Source of the DNA: an uncultured Anaerolineales bacterium
GTDB lineage: Bacteria > Chloroflexota > Anaerolineae > Anaerolineales > UBA11858
Direction: 5' to 3'
Assembly: GCA_964448865.1 (NCBI GenBank)
Contig: CAYUXO010000002.1
Coordinates: 11,602 to 75,601, forward strand
DNA: 64,000 nt
The notes under the pieces are model-generated. The model saw nothing but the letters and a program-made list of their open reading frames with translations, had not been told where the DNA came from and searched no databases. Positions 1 through 9,632 of the stretch are shown here, in pieces. Position 1 is the first letter of the stretch; every line of letters begins with the position of its first letter. The position numbers were made by a program, and so were the translations under genes.

Positions 1-1086
1 CGCATTCGGACCCGTATTGGCCGGCGTTATCCCTTTATCATCACAGCTGCGCCCCTGGCTGCCCTGGCATTTATTCTAATGCCGCTGGCAGCAGGTATGA
101 TCAATCCTGAATTCAATGGAGTTATTTCTGAGAATATGGGCCCGTTCACATTGTTTATGATTGCCACTGCGGTGGTTCTGCTTGCCATGGCTATTCTAAG
201 GACCCCGATAATTTCCCTGATGCCGGACTTAATCCCTTCACCGCTGCGCAGTAAAGCCAATGGTGTGATTAACTTCATGGGTGGGATCGGTTTTATTATT
301 GGTGCTTTTGGATTGGCTTTGTTGTTTGATATCAATCCGCTCTATCCCTTTCTGGGCGGCGCAGCTATCTTGATCCTGGCAGTGGGATTGCTTTTCTTGA
401 CCACCAAAGAACCCAAAACAGAGGATTTACCTCACCCAGAGGATCACCAGCAGAGCGAAGAGGAACAGGCAGTCGGCGGGTTAAAGGGAGTTTCGGTCAT
501 CCCCAAAAAATACCGCCGGAGTTTGTTTTCCCTGCTGGTAGCGATCTTCCTGTTATTTATCGCTTATGAAGGAATTGGCACATTCTTTACATCTTACGCG
601 ATCAATGAACTGGGAGTCAGTGAAGGTTTAGCGCCCACTCTGTTTGGCCTGGCGGGCGTGACCTTTATTCTATTCACGATCCCGGCGGGATTTATTGGCG
701 CAAAATATGGGCGGCGGAAGACCATCATCGCCGGTATCCTGCTCTTTGGTCTGGACATGCTGCTGGGTTATTTTGTGACTTCAGCCACCCAGATCGGTAT
801 TGTTCTGGCAATCAGCGGAATTGGCTGGGCATTAATTAACGTCAATACGCTACCGATGGTGATCGATACGACTGAAGATGAACGCCTGCTCGGAACCTAC
901 ACCGGCCTGTATTATTTTGCCTCACAGGTTGGTGCTGCCTTTGCGCCCTTGATGATGGGTGCAGTCATTGACATGTTTGACAGCAATTTCAAGACGATCT
1001 TTTTATCTGGGCCGGCGTTCTTTGTCCTGGGTTTGATAGCCATGACTTTGGTGACCCGGGGAGAAGCTCACGAGCAGATAGCCTGA
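1..1086 (+). CDS. MFS-type transporter, 5' end cut by window edge
   Basis: Frame 1 is open from nt 1 (RIRTRIGRRYPFIITAAP..., MFS loop G-R-R-x-P motif) and runs into ORF 79..1086. It has many hydrophobic helices and a central charged loop (KEPKTEDLPHPEDHQQSEEEQ). Confidence 0.7.
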   Translation, partial: RIRTRIGRRYPFIITAAPLAALAFILMPLAAGMINPEFNGVISENMGPFTLFMIATAVVLLAMAILRTPIISLMPDLIPSPLRSKANGVINFMGGIGFIIGAFGLALLFDINPLYPFLGGAAILILAVGLLFLTTKEPKTEDLPHPEDHQQSEEEQAVGGLKGVSVIPKKYRRSLFSLLVAIFLLFIAYEGIGTFFTSYAINELGVSEGLAPTLFGLAGVTFILFTIPAGFIGAKYGRRKTIIAGILLFGLDMLLGYFVTSATQIGIVLAISGIGWALINVNTLPMVIDTTEDERLLGTYTGLYYFASQVGAAFAPLMMGAVIDMFDSNFKTIFLSGPAFFVLGLIAMTLVTRGEAHEQIA

Positions 1087-1107
1087 AGTCAAGGTGAAGG
1101 GGTTGTT

Positions 1108-1965
1108 ATGGAACGGGTGATTTTTGATTGTGATAACACACTGGGGCTTAGAACCAAGGAGATCGATGATGGTCTGGCCTTGTTCTATCTGTTGGGAAGA
1201 ACAGATATTGATCTATTGGGTATCACAACTACCTTTGGCAACGGAACTATTGATCAGGTTCATAAACAGACCACCCAGCTTGCTGCAGGTCTGGGGTTGA
1301 ATGACCTGCCTGTCAAACAGGGAGCCGGAAGCAGGGGAGAAGGTACAACGGAGGCGGCCCGTTTCCTGATCGAAATGGCTTCAGCCTATCCCGGCGAAAT
1401 TAATTTATTGGCAACTGGACCTCTGGGTAATCTGAGAGCTGCCCAGGAACTTGACTCGGGTTTTTTCAACAACTTAAAAAGCATTGTCTGCATGGGGGGA
1501 TACTTGCGTCCGGTAAAGATGGGCCGGCGAGTTGTTAATGAGCTGAATCTCTCAGCCGACCCGGAAGCCTCTTACCTGGTGCTAAACGCTCCCACACAAG
1601 TTACCTTAATGACTGCTCAGATTTGTATGCAGGCCCCTTTTACCTGGAGCGATCTAAAAAAACTCGCTTTCTGGAGTGTGAAAACCCGCCGGATAGTGCG
1701 CAATTGGTTAATTTTGCATGCGGTTTTCACAGGCCTTGGCAATTTTTATCTCTGGGATCTACTGCCAGCCATTTATATCTCCTGCCCCAAGCTATTTAAT
1801 GAACACCGGGTTACGATGCGATCTTCCATTTCCGATCTGGAAGATGGCACCTTGATTCTGGTTGAGACCAACAGGGGGGCTGGCGTAAATATGCCGGCCT
1901 TGATCACAGATTATGATCTATTTATGAATATCCTCTTTGATGCCTGGAAAAATGTCCGGGTTTAG
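1108..1965 (+). CDS. Inosine/uridine-preferring nucleoside hydrolase family protein
   Basis: N-terminal Asp cluster (VIFDCDNTLG...EIDDGLAL) and TTTFGN motif typical of the IUNH fold. RBS-like GGTGAAGG lies upstream. Confidence 0.6.
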   Translation: MERVIFDCDNTLGLRTKEIDDGLALFYLLGRTDIDLLGITTTFGNGTIDQVHKQTTQLAAGLGLNDLPVKQGAGSRGEGTTEAARFLIEMASAYPGEINLLATGPLGNLRAAQELDSGFFNNLKSIVCMGGYLRPVKMGRRVVNELNLSADPEASYLVLNAPTQVTLMTAQICMQAPFTWSDLKKLAFWSVKTRRIVRNWLILHAVFTGLGNFYLWDLLPAIYISCPKLFNEHRVTMRSSISDLEDGTLILVETNRGAGVNMPALITDYDLFMNILFDAWKNVRV

Positions 1966-2137
1966 GTCGCGGGGCAGCTAAATATTGACTTTCTTTTGAT
2001 CTAAGCTTATACTTGGGAAGAACTAAAGGCGGTCCATTATGGGAAAGGATAACTCAAAAAGAATAGTTGAATTTTAGGAATTACAGCACGCGCCATCAGG
2101 TCGCGTGCTTTTTATTTTCAGACGTGGAGGGAATAAA

Positions 2138-2377
2138 ATGGATTCTGGAATGATTGGGAAAATTCAAAAATCAAAACAATATGCCATCGAGCGAGAACGA
2201 ATTAAGATCAATTCTTTATCAGTGACCTTTCAGGGACAGAATAATCCCCACTTGATATCGTTCCAGGATGGTAAATGGACTTGTGATTGTGATTTTTTCC
2301 AAACCAGAGAACGCTGCAGTCATACCATGGCCCTTGAAAGAATATTGATCCAGGAAGCAAACTTGACCCTGGATTGA
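2138..2377 (+). CDS. SWIM zinc-finger domain protein
   Basis: CDCDFFQTRERCSHTMA matches the CxC-x(n)-CxH SWIM signature. ATG at 2138 is preceded by GGAGGG; the ORF-track start at 2105 is GTG and lacks an RBS. Confidence 0.6.
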   Translation: MDSGMIGKIQKSKQYAIERERIKINSLSVTFQGQNNPHLISFQDGKWTCDCDFFQTRERCSHTMALERILIQEANLTLD

Positions 2378-2420
2378 TCGGATTCTAAGAAAATTTATTA
2401 TTCAAACCTATCGTTTCGCT

Positions 2421-2464
2421 CCCCGGGAAATGTAGAAAATTCCCGAGGGGTGATTTTTGTTTTT
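2421..2464 (+). terminator. Intrinsic terminator after the SWIM gene
   Basis: GC hairpin ccccgggaa...ttcccgagggg followed by tgatttttgttttt. Confidence 0.6.
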
Positions 2465-2526
2465 GAGAGACAAAGTCCCTTAAAGGAACTTCGTCCCTAC
2501 TTGACGCTGAACCATCAACCGATATA

Positions 2527-3852
2527 ATGGCACCCATGAAATATCATATCTGGACTTCCGGCTGTCAGATGAATGTGGCTGATTCCCGCCGTGTTTCATC
2601 AGCCCTGGAAGGATTAAACTATCAATCAACAGAACGGGCAGAAGATGCTGATGTAGTTGTTCTGAATACCTGCGTGGTCCGCCAAAGTGCTGAGGACAGC
2701 GCCGTGGGCAGGATAAGCTCTCTTAAAAACCTCAAGAAAAGCCGTCCGAATGTTGTTATCAATGTGATGGGCTGCCTGGTAGGGATCAAGGGCACTGAGG
2801 AATTGGAAGCCCAATTCCCACACGTGGATGTATTTTCGGCTCCCTCAGATCCGGGTCCATTGATGTCCTATCTTAACCAGGAAGAAACCAAGGCCTGGCA
2901 GCAGGAAGCAACATCTCGACGATTTGCGTTTATGGACGGGGAACTCACATTGCCCGAAGCTGACCAAGATCAGCTGGTATCTGCTTTTGTTCCGGTGGTC
3001 CTGGGTTGTTCCCATGCTTGCACCTACTGTATTATTCCTTACCGGCGTGGTATTGAACGCAGCCGACCGGTTGAGGATGTCATCAATGAGGTCCGATCAC
3101 TGGTTTCCCAGGGAGTGAAGGAAATAACTTTGCTGGGACAAATAGTTGATCGTTATGGTTTGGATCTGCCGGAAAAAACTTCCCTGTCCCGGCTGCTGGA
3201 GCTCACTCACGAGATTGAAGGATTAAAGAGGATCCGTTTCTTAACTTCACATCCTAACTGGTTCAGTCATGATTTGATGGATACGGTAGCTGACCTGCCC
3301 AAGGTGATGCCTCACATTGAAGTTCCCCATCAAGCTGGCCACGATCAGGTCTTAACGAATATGAAACGGGAATATTCTGTTGAGGAGTACAGGCAGCTGG
3401 TTGGCGATATACGAGAAAGAATTCCCGGATCTAGTATTGCCACTGATGTAATTGTAGGATTTCCGGGAGAGACTGCTGAACAATTTCAAAGCACCTATGA
3501 TCTTTTGGATGAGTTAAGGCTCGATGTGGTTCACCTGGCACGTTATTCAGTACGCCCGGGAACCACTGCAGCCCGAAAAATGGAAGATGACGTGACTGAT
3601 GAAGAAAAATGGATCCGGTTCAGGCAGATTGAAACCCTCCAGGAAAAAATTGCTGCTGAAATCAATCAGAAATATCTTGATCAAACAGTTGAAGTTCTCT
3701 TCGAGGGAGAACAAAAAGGCCGCTGGCGGGGCAGAACTCCTACCAATAAATTAGTATTTGTTGAAAGTGATCAGGATTTAATAGGCAAGATATGCAATGT
3801 GTCCATTACCTGGACGGGACCCTGGTCGATGCAGGGAAGCCTGTCCGGATAA
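2527..3852 (+). CDS. miaB: tRNA-i6A37 methylthiotransferase MiaB (radical SAM MTTase)
   Basis: N-terminal UPF0004 motif (HIWTSGCQMNVADS), radical-SAM CSHACTYCIIPYRRG and a C-terminal TRAM-like region. Confidence 0.9.
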   Translation: MAPMKYHIWTSGCQMNVADSRRVSSALEGLNYQSTERAEDADVVVLNTCVVRQSAEDSAVGRISSLKNLKKSRPNVVINVMGCLVGIKGTEELEAQFPHVDVFSAPSDPGPLMSYLNQEETKAWQQEATSRRFAFMDGELTLPEADQDQLVSAFVPVVLGCSHACTYCIIPYRRGIERSRPVEDVINEVRSLVSQGVKEITLLGQIVDRYGLDLPEKTSLSRLLELTHEIEGLKRIRFLTSHPNWFSHDLMDTVADLPKVMPHIEVPHQAGHDQVLTNMKREYSVEEYRQLVGDIRERIPGSSIATDVIVGFPGETAEQFQSTYDLLDELRLDVVHLARYSVRPGTTAARKMEDDVTDEEKWIRFRQIETLQEKIAAEINQKYLDQTVEVLFEGEQKGRWRGRTPTNKLVFVESDQDLIGKICNVSITWTGPWSMQGSLSG

Positions 3853-3890
3853 TTCTGCATTTATGCAAGGTGAATTCAATAGGTATTTAT

Positions 3891-4334
3891 ATGAAGAAGA
3901 GTCAACAATTTCCCGAGCCAACCGTTGGCGCATTGATCTTTAATGAAAACGACCAGTTGTTATTGGTGAAAACGCATAAATGGAAAGGGAATTACACCAT
4001 ACCTGGCGGCCATGTTGAAATGGGGGAAAAATTATTAGATGCTCTCAATCGTGAAATTCGGGAGGAAACCGGATTGGAATTGATCGAGGCGGAGTTTTTA
4101 TGCTACCAGGAATTTATTTACGATGAAAGTTTCTGGGAGAAAAAGCACTACATATTTTTTGATTTTATCTGCCGTGTAAAAGGAGATCAGGTAATTCTTA
4201 ATGATGAAGCCCAGGAATATGTCTGGGTTGAATTGAATGAAGCTTACTCCTATCCTATCGATAAATATCTCCAGCACTCGCTGGATCTGATCAGGGGATC
4301 TGGTCGTGAGTCTTCCTCCTCAAACATAACTTGA
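3891..4334 (+). CDS. NUDIX hydrolase
   Basis: Nudix box GGHVEMGEKLLDALNREIREETGL. ATG 3891 was chosen because the longer ORF (3792) overlaps the miaB 3' end. Confidence 0.8.
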   Translation: MKKSQQFPEPTVGALIFNENDQLLLVKTHKWKGNYTIPGGHVEMGEKLLDALNREIREETGLELIEAEFLCYQEFIYDESFWEKKHYIFFDFICRVKGDQVILNDEAQEYVWVELNEAYSYPIDKYLQHSLDLIRGSGRESSSSNIT

Positions 4335-4419
4335 TAGAAAGAAGACCCTGTTTCTCTTCCCTTCTCAGCCTGGAATTCGGTACAATACAACCAGAGAATA
4401 TTATCCCAGGTTTACCGCG

Positions 4420-5592
4420 ATGACTAAAAAATTGATACTCATCAGTCTCATGGTTTTTCTTCTAGGTGCCTGTCAGCTTCCTCAGGAAAATCCTGTACCT
4501 GAGGGAAAACCCGGTGCGTTATATACTGAAGCAGCCCTGACTCTATCTGTCCAGATGACGGGGGCAGGGATAGGAAATCCCCAAGGAACTTGGGAACTAT
4601 CAGAATCCCAGGGAACTCCTGCTCCGGCTGCCAGCTCCCCAGACAATATTCCGTCCTATACTCCTGAGGGGTCAGCGCCTGAAACTTCTCGGGCCTGCGA
4701 TCAGGTAAAGTTCATCAAAGATGTGACTATACCCGATGAAATGGATTTGGCGCCCGGAGAGCATTTTACTAAAACCTGGCGGATCCAGAATGCGGGTTCA
4801 TGTCCATGGACGATTGGTTATCTGCTCTATTTCGAAAGCGGGGATATAATGGGCGGCCCATCATCACAGGAATTGACTTCCGAAACAATTCAACCTGGAG
4901 ATTCCATGGATATATCTGTGGAATTGGTTGCTCCCCTGGAGACAGGCTCTTACCAGGGAAATTGGAAAGTTCGTAATGTCAAGGGAGACGGCTTTGGAGT
5001 CGGTGAGTTTTCGAAAGCATTCTGGGTAAAAATCAATGTTGTAGAAGGTGCCGGCACTATGATGGAATTTAATTCCCGGGCAGACGAAGCTGCCTGGGGC
5101 AGTGGTTCCACGCCGGTTGATTTTATTGACCTGGGAGGAATGACCCTCAACTTTGATGATCCTGGTGATCCGGCGGACCCTTATGTTGCCCTGCTCGATG
5201 ATCAATTACTGGAAGGTGGCCGCATTTCCGGAATTTTACTGGTAACCTACCCTCCTCAAGGCAAAGGCAAATATATAATTGGCCGTTTTCCAGATTATAA
5301 AGTTAATGGTGGGGATTTATTATTTGGCAGGGTAGGACTGACACAGAAAGCAAATGGCAATTGTGGGGACGGTGATGTGGATTACAGGATCCACTTGATG
5401 CGCGGTGGTGATCCCTCGACCCTGGTAATGCTCGGGGAATGGAATGAGGTTTGTGACAGGAAAATGAGATCATTTGAGATAGATCTGGATGATTATAAGG
5501 GTGAAACCGTTCAGATTTTCCTGATCGTTGTCGCAAATACCAATTCCGGGGAGAATCTGGCAGTTTGGGATGCCCTCAGGATCCATCGCTGA
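4420..5592 (+). CDS. Lipoprotein with NBR1-type Ig-like (N_BRCA1_IG) domain
   Basis: Lipobox LLGAC. The segment FIKDVTIPDEMDLAPGEHFTKTWRIQNAGSCPW...GSYQGNWKVRN..GDGFG matches the NBR1 FW/Ig-like pattern. Confidence 0.7.
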   Translation: MTKKLILISLMVFLLGACQLPQENPVPEGKPGALYTEAALTLSVQMTGAGIGNPQGTWELSESQGTPAPAASSPDNIPSYTPEGSAPETSRACDQVKFIKDVTIPDEMDLAPGEHFTKTWRIQNAGSCPWTIGYLLYFESGDIMGGPSSQELTSETIQPGDSMDISVELVAPLETGSYQGNWKVRNVKGDGFGVGEFSKAFWVKINVVEGAGTMMEFNSRADEAAWGSGSTPVDFIDLGGMTLNFDDPGDPADPYVALLDDQLLEGGRISGILLVTYPPQGKGKYIIGRFPDYKVNGGDLLFGRVGLTQKANGNCGDGDVDYRIHLMRGGDPSTLVMLGEWNEVCDRKMRSFEIDLDDYKGETVQIFLIVVANTNSGENLAVWDALRIHR

Positions 5593-5728
5593 TTTGCGAT
5601 GTGAGTTATGCGTCTGAAAATAAGGTAGAATGTAATTAATTGACTCGAATTCAACCGGATTGAGCTTTTCCAGGCCCAGATAGGCAAAGTGGTACAATGG
5701 TTGCTCAATGCAGGAAGGATAAGATCTT

Positions 5729-6493
5729 ATGAGTAAACAAGATTCGACCAAAGATATTATCAACTCTTATCGGAAACGCAAGAATAAATCCGGGGGTAAT
5801 ATTGCGCTCTTTGTTGGGACCGCGGTGCTGATCATTTTAGGTGCTGCATTTCTGATTTTCTGGCTATCAGGAACCCAGATAAGTTTTGGTTCCATATTCG
5901 CCTCAAAAACACCCACACCAACAATTACCTTTACTCCCAGTCCTGTACCACCAACTGCGACAATAACCCTGACTCCGACTGAATCTTTGCCTACAGATAC
6001 TCCGGCACCCAGCCCGACCCCAACCAGGTCCGGGGCAGTCATTTATATTGCTGAAGAAGATGACACTTTTTCGTCAATTGCCGAGCGATTTGATATGGAT
6101 ATCTTTACCCTGCTTGTTTATAATGCTGGGGAAGATCGCTTAAACCTTGATATGTCAAACCCTATTCTCTTTGTCGGTGATGAAGTTCTCGTACCGGCTC
6201 CGGGAGCAACAGTTCCCACACCTACGCCAATACCCTTTGATGTCCTACCTGGTTTCCGGGTGGAATACATGGTCAGGCCGGGTGATTCGGTGGGATCCAT
6301 TGCCGTTGCCCTGCGCAGTACTGTAGAGGACATTCTGGAATATAACGATTTGGAAGATCCCAACGCGATTTTCCCGGGTCAAATCCTTTTAGTCCGGGTC
6401 AACCTAGTCACCCCGGTGCCCACAGAGGAAGGGGAGGATGGTCCGGCTGGTACTCCTGGATCTATCTCAACTTTGACTCCTGTACCCAATTAG
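5729..6493 (+). CDS. Membrane-anchored protein with two LysM domains and Pro/Thr-rich linkers
   Basis: One TM helix, PT-rich stretches and two LysM-like segments (YIAEEDDTFSSIAERF..., YMVRPGDSVGSIAVAL...YNDL). Confidence 0.75.
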   Translation: MSKQDSTKDIINSYRKRKNKSGGNIALFVGTAVLIILGAAFLIFWLSGTQISFGSIFASKTPTPTITFTPSPVPPTATITLTPTESLPTDTPAPSPTPTRSGAVIYIAEEDDTFSSIAERFDMDIFTLLVYNAGEDRLNLDMSNPILFVGDEVLVPAPGATVPTPTPIPFDVLPGFRVEYMVRPGDSVGSIAVALRSTVEDILEYNDLEDPNAIFPGQILLVRVNLVTPVPTEEGEDGPAGTPGSISTLTPVPN

Positions 6494-6540
6494 TGAATAG
6501 ATAAAGATTCCAACATCCTGGGTTTTTTCTCAACATATGA

Positions 6541-6597
6541 AAGGGCGACCTGCCTGTCCTGAGCGAAGTCGAAGGAACGAGTCGCCCTTTTTGTTTT
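6541..6597 (+). terminator. Hairpin plus T-run after the LysM gene
   Basis: aagggcgac ... gtcgccctt stem (large loop) followed by tttgtttt. Confidence 0.5.
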
Positions 6598-6772
6598 AAG
6601 TGGCGACAAATTCACCAAGTCCCTGATTGTCATCCTGACCCTGAGTCCCTCGATTCCACTCGGGACGGGTTAGTCGAAGGGGAAGGATCCATCAAACCAG
6701 CCATTGCTCATGACATACCAAATCAATTCGCATTCGATGTCCATATGGATTCCTCGCTATGGCTCGGAATGA

Positions 6773-7117
6773 CAATTCGTAGGTTGCAGTGCATTTTTCA
6801 GCCCGGCCATTGATGGTCGGGCAATTGGCTTAGGGGGGTATGTATATGCACTAAATGGAACAGCTGACCATGTTCATTTAGTGGCGCACATCCCAAGAAC
6901 TATAACTGTCTCCCAGTATGTCGGGAAAATCAAAAGATCATCTTCAACCCGACTAAATAAATCAGAGGTTGGTGAAGATCAATTCTACTGGAAATCGGGG
7001 TACTCAATTTTCACAATCACTGAGTTTATGGTCCCAAAACTGACAAAATATGTTGCTAAACAGAAATACCATCATGCGGCTGAATCCATAAAATCCTGGT
7101 TTGAGTTGAATAGATAG
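6773..7117 (+). pseudogene. 5'-truncated IS200/Y1 (RAYT-like) transposase fragment
   Basis: The open frame reads ...YALNGTADHVHLVAHIPRTITVSQYVGKIKRSSS...YWKSGYSIFTI...YVAKQKYHH. That gives the HUH motif (HVHLV) and the catalytic-Tyr region of Y1 transposases. About 50 N-terminal residues and any start codon are missing. Confidence 0.7.
6801..6822. repeat. REP-like hairpin, copy 1 (gcccggccattgatggtcgggc)
   Basis: 8-bp stem (one G:T). A near-identical copy lies at 7153..7174, so the pair brackets the transposase fragment. Confidence 0.6.
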
Positions 7118-7152
7118 CGTCTTGTGAAAGCCCCGGTGGGGCGAAGTTCTCA

Positions 7153-7174
7153 GCCCGGCCATTAATGGTCGGGC
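7153..7174. repeat. REP-like hairpin, copy 2 (gcccggccattaatggtcgggc)
   Basis: 21/22 identical to 6801..6822, including the shared flanks tcagcccggcc and ggtcgggcaat. Confidence 0.6.
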
Positions 7175-7282
7175 AATCTGGATATTTCTTGTTATTCTTC
7201 AGAATTACGGGTTGGAGACGCAAATAATACAGATCTGGATCAGATCAGGTATCAAGTGTTGTCCAATATGTATCGTATGAAC

Positions 7283-7310
7283 TTGACAGCGCTAATAACG
7301 GGTTTATAAT
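7283..7310 (+). promoter_or_regulatory. Sigma70-type promoter of the zur-znu operon
   Basis: TTGACA (7283-7288), 16-nt spacer, TATAAT (7305-7310). Confidence 0.65.
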
Positions 7311-7349
7311 ACCCTTATTGATAATAATTATCATTATCAATAAGGGTAT
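7309..7349. promoter_or_regulatory. Fur-family (Zur-like) box
   Basis: Perfect 17-bp inverted repeat atacccttattgataat / attatcaataagggtat with a 7-nt spacer. It overlaps the -10 box and ends 6 nt before the Fur-family gene. Confidence 0.75.
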
Positions 7350-7354
7350 AAGAT

Positions 7355-7798
7355 ATGACAGCCTCTGATACCAAAAACGTTCTTGATATCTGGGAGAATT
7401 CTCTCAGGCAGCATGGCTACCGAGTTACCCGCCCCCGAACCCAGGTGATGGAAATTGTAGCTTCAACTAAGGTACCATTGACCCCCCAGGAAATATACCG
7501 GAACACTCTCAAACTAACTGACCCTCCAGGCATTGCCAGTGTATACAGGACCCTGGACATGCTGGATGACCTGGGTTTAATTCAACAAATTCACCAACCC
7601 GGAGGCTGCCACGGGATCTGGCCAACTCAGGAGGGCCACAAACACTACCTGATCTGTAAGGATTGCGGCCATGTGCGCGTCATTGAAGGCAGTGAACAAA
7701 TGGGTGCATATATCTCTACCATAGAAGACCAGACCGGATACCGGGTAGATGAACACTGGCTGCAGTTGTTTGGTTTATGTGAGGGTTGTGTAAATTGA
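7355..7798 (+). CDS. zur: Fur-family metalloregulator, probably Zur
   Basis: Winged-helix N-terminus, CKDCGH...CEGC zinc motifs, first gene of a ZnuABC-type operon. Confidence 0.7.
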   Translation: MTASDTKNVLDIWENSLRQHGYRVTRPRTQVMEIVASTKVPLTPQEIYRNTLKLTDPPGIASVYRTLDMLDDLGLIQQIHQPGGCHGIWPTQEGHKHYLICKDCGHVRVIEGSEQMGAYISTIEDQTGYRVDEHWLQLFGLCEGCVN

Positions 7799-7824
7799 AA
7801 TTTAAATATCCACCTGATAACACG

Positions 7825-8772
7825 ATGACGATTAGGCGATTCCGAATTTATATTTTCCCGATTCTCCTGTTAATTATGAGTATATTCCTGGCAGCCTGCC
7901 AGGTGAGACCGGAAAATATATCACCCGCCGGCAAAGAGCGGTTAAAGGTCGTTGCGACAACAACATTTGTAGGGGATATTGTTGGAAGAATTGCTGGTGA
8001 TAAGATCGACTTAAAAGTACTGCTAGAGCCGGGCCAAAATCCGCATTCATTTCTGATTTCTCCCCGGGATATGGTCAGCCTGACTGAGGCGGACCTGTTA
8101 TTTGTGAATGGTTTTGGGCTGGAGGAGTTTTTGGATGAGCTCCTGGAAGGATCTGATTTCCCGGGCAGCCTGGTGATTGTCTCTGAGGGGATTTCCCCCC
8201 GCGTGATTGAAGTTGGGCTTGATGAAATTGTTACCAGCGACTATCCAGGGGTTGATCCTCATGTCTGGCTGAATCCAAATAACATCAAGGTCTGGGTAGA
8301 TAATATAGCCGGCACTTTGATCGAGATGGATCCTGAAAATGCGGATTATTATCTGGATAACGCGGATATATATCTCCAGAAACTCGAAGATCTTGACATC
8401 TGGATCCGGACGGAATTGGATAAAATATCTGAGGAGAACCGGGAGCTGGTCAGCGATCACAGTTCACTGGGTTATTTTGCGGATGAATATGGCCTCAGAC
8501 AAATCGGTGCAGTGATACCGGCTATGACCACCGAGGCTGAAACATCCGGTCAGCAGCTGGCCGAATTGATCGATACCATCCGGGACCAACAGGCCAAAGC
8601 CATTTTTGTCGGTGTGGATTTTGACCCTACCCTGGCCCAGCGTGTTTCAGATGAAACAGGTATTGAGCTGGTAATACTTTATTTTGGATCTTTATCAGAC
8701 GGACCCTCGGCAGATACTTACTTGAATTTTATGCGCTATAACATAAAAACCATAGTTAGTGCCTTGAAATAA
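7825..8772 (+). CDS. znuA: Metal ABC transporter substrate-binding lipoprotein (TroA/ZnuA cluster-9 family)
   Basis: Lipobox FLAAC and conserved DPHVWLNP. ATG 7825 is preferred over the TTG at 7786, which overlaps zur. Confidence 0.7.
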   Translation: MTIRRFRIYIFPILLLIMSIFLAACQVRPENISPAGKERLKVVATTTFVGDIVGRIAGDKIDLKVLLEPGQNPHSFLISPRDMVSLTEADLLFVNGFGLEEFLDELLEGSDFPGSLVIVSEGISPRVIEVGLDEIVTSDYPGVDPHVWLNPNNIKVWVDNIAGTLIEMDPENADYYLDNADIYLQKLEDLDIWIRTELDKISEENRELVSDHSSLGYFADEYGLRQIGAVIPAMTTEAETSGQQLAELIDTIRDQQAKAIFVGVDFDPTLAQRVSDETGIELVILYFGSLSDGPSADTYLNFMRYNIKTIVSALK

Positions 8773-8780
8773 TTGAAAAT

Positions 8781-9632
8781 ATGAAAAATCTAATCAAGTC
8801 TTTTCGAAAAGGATCTTTTTCCCGGAGATACGTCCCCCATCAACCGGACACCCCCTTGTTGGATTTGGAAAACATCAGGGTTGTTTATGATACCGGAACC
8901 GTGCTGGAGGGGATCAGTTTTGAATTAACCCCTGGTGATGGTGTGGCCCTGGTCGGTCCAAATGGTGCTGGAAAAACCACTCTTTTTAAGGTGATTGTCG
9001 GTATCATGGACCCCGATGAAGGCATTGTACGAATTTCCGGCCATGAACCCGGAGGACATACCTGCATCGCCTATGTCCCGCAGCGCAGCCAGGTGGATTG
9101 GTCCTTTCCAGCCACAGTTGCTGATGTGGTCATGATGGGCCGGATCAATAAAATGGGTCCATTTTTATGGCCCCAGTCGGAGGATTGGGATATAGTGAAT
9201 CGTTCCCTGGAATTTGTTGATTTAATAGATCTGGCTGGACGTCAGATCAGCGAACTCTCCGGGGGGCAGCAGCAGCGCATGTTTATCGCCCGCGCCCTGG
9301 CCCAGGAAGCGGAGCTGATGCTTCTGGATGAACCCCTTAATGGACTGGATGTTCCCGCCCAGGAAAAGATCCTGGGGATCCTGGGCACCCTGCAGGAAAA
9401 ACAAGTCACTTTCATGATTTCAATGCATGACCTCAGGCTGGCCGCGGAAGCTTTTGATAAAGTGATGCTGCTGAATAAGAACCTGTTGGGTTTTGGCTCT
9501 CCAGAGGATGTGTTTACACGAAATTTGCTTGTGGAAGCATACCGGGGACATTTGCATTTTGTCGAGGGAGAATTTGACACCCTGGCAGTTGGGGATGACT
9601 GCTGCGAAGGAGATCATCATGAACCTGATTGA
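8781..9632 (+). CDS. znuC: Metal ABC transporter ATP-binding protein
   Basis: Walker A GPNGAGKTT, signature LSGGQQQR, Walker B LLLDEP. Confidence 0.8.
   Translation: MKNLIKSFRKGSFSRRYVPHQPDTPLLDLENIRVVYDTGTVLEGISFELTPGDGVALVGPNGAGKTTLFKVIVGIMDPDEGIVRISGHEPGGHTCIAYVPQRSQVDWSFPATVADVVMMGRINKMGPFLWPQSEDWDIVNRSLEFVDLIDLAGRQISELSGGQQQRMFIARALAQEAELMLLDEPLNGLDVPAQEKILGILGTLQEKQVTFMISMHDLRLAAEAFDKVMLLNKNLLGFGSPEDVFTRNLLVEAYRGHLHFVEGEFDTLAVGDDCCEGDHHEPD

Noticed and set aside
9493-9618. Upstream extension of the metal ABC permease ORF. Similar long starts occur at 3792, 7786, 13302, 17164, 18231, 26213, 26924, 31889, 44378 and 61869.
   Set aside because: The extensions run inside the preceding gene or lack an RBS. 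Internal ATG or GTG codons with an RBS, or with stop-start overlap, give N-termini that match family expectations.
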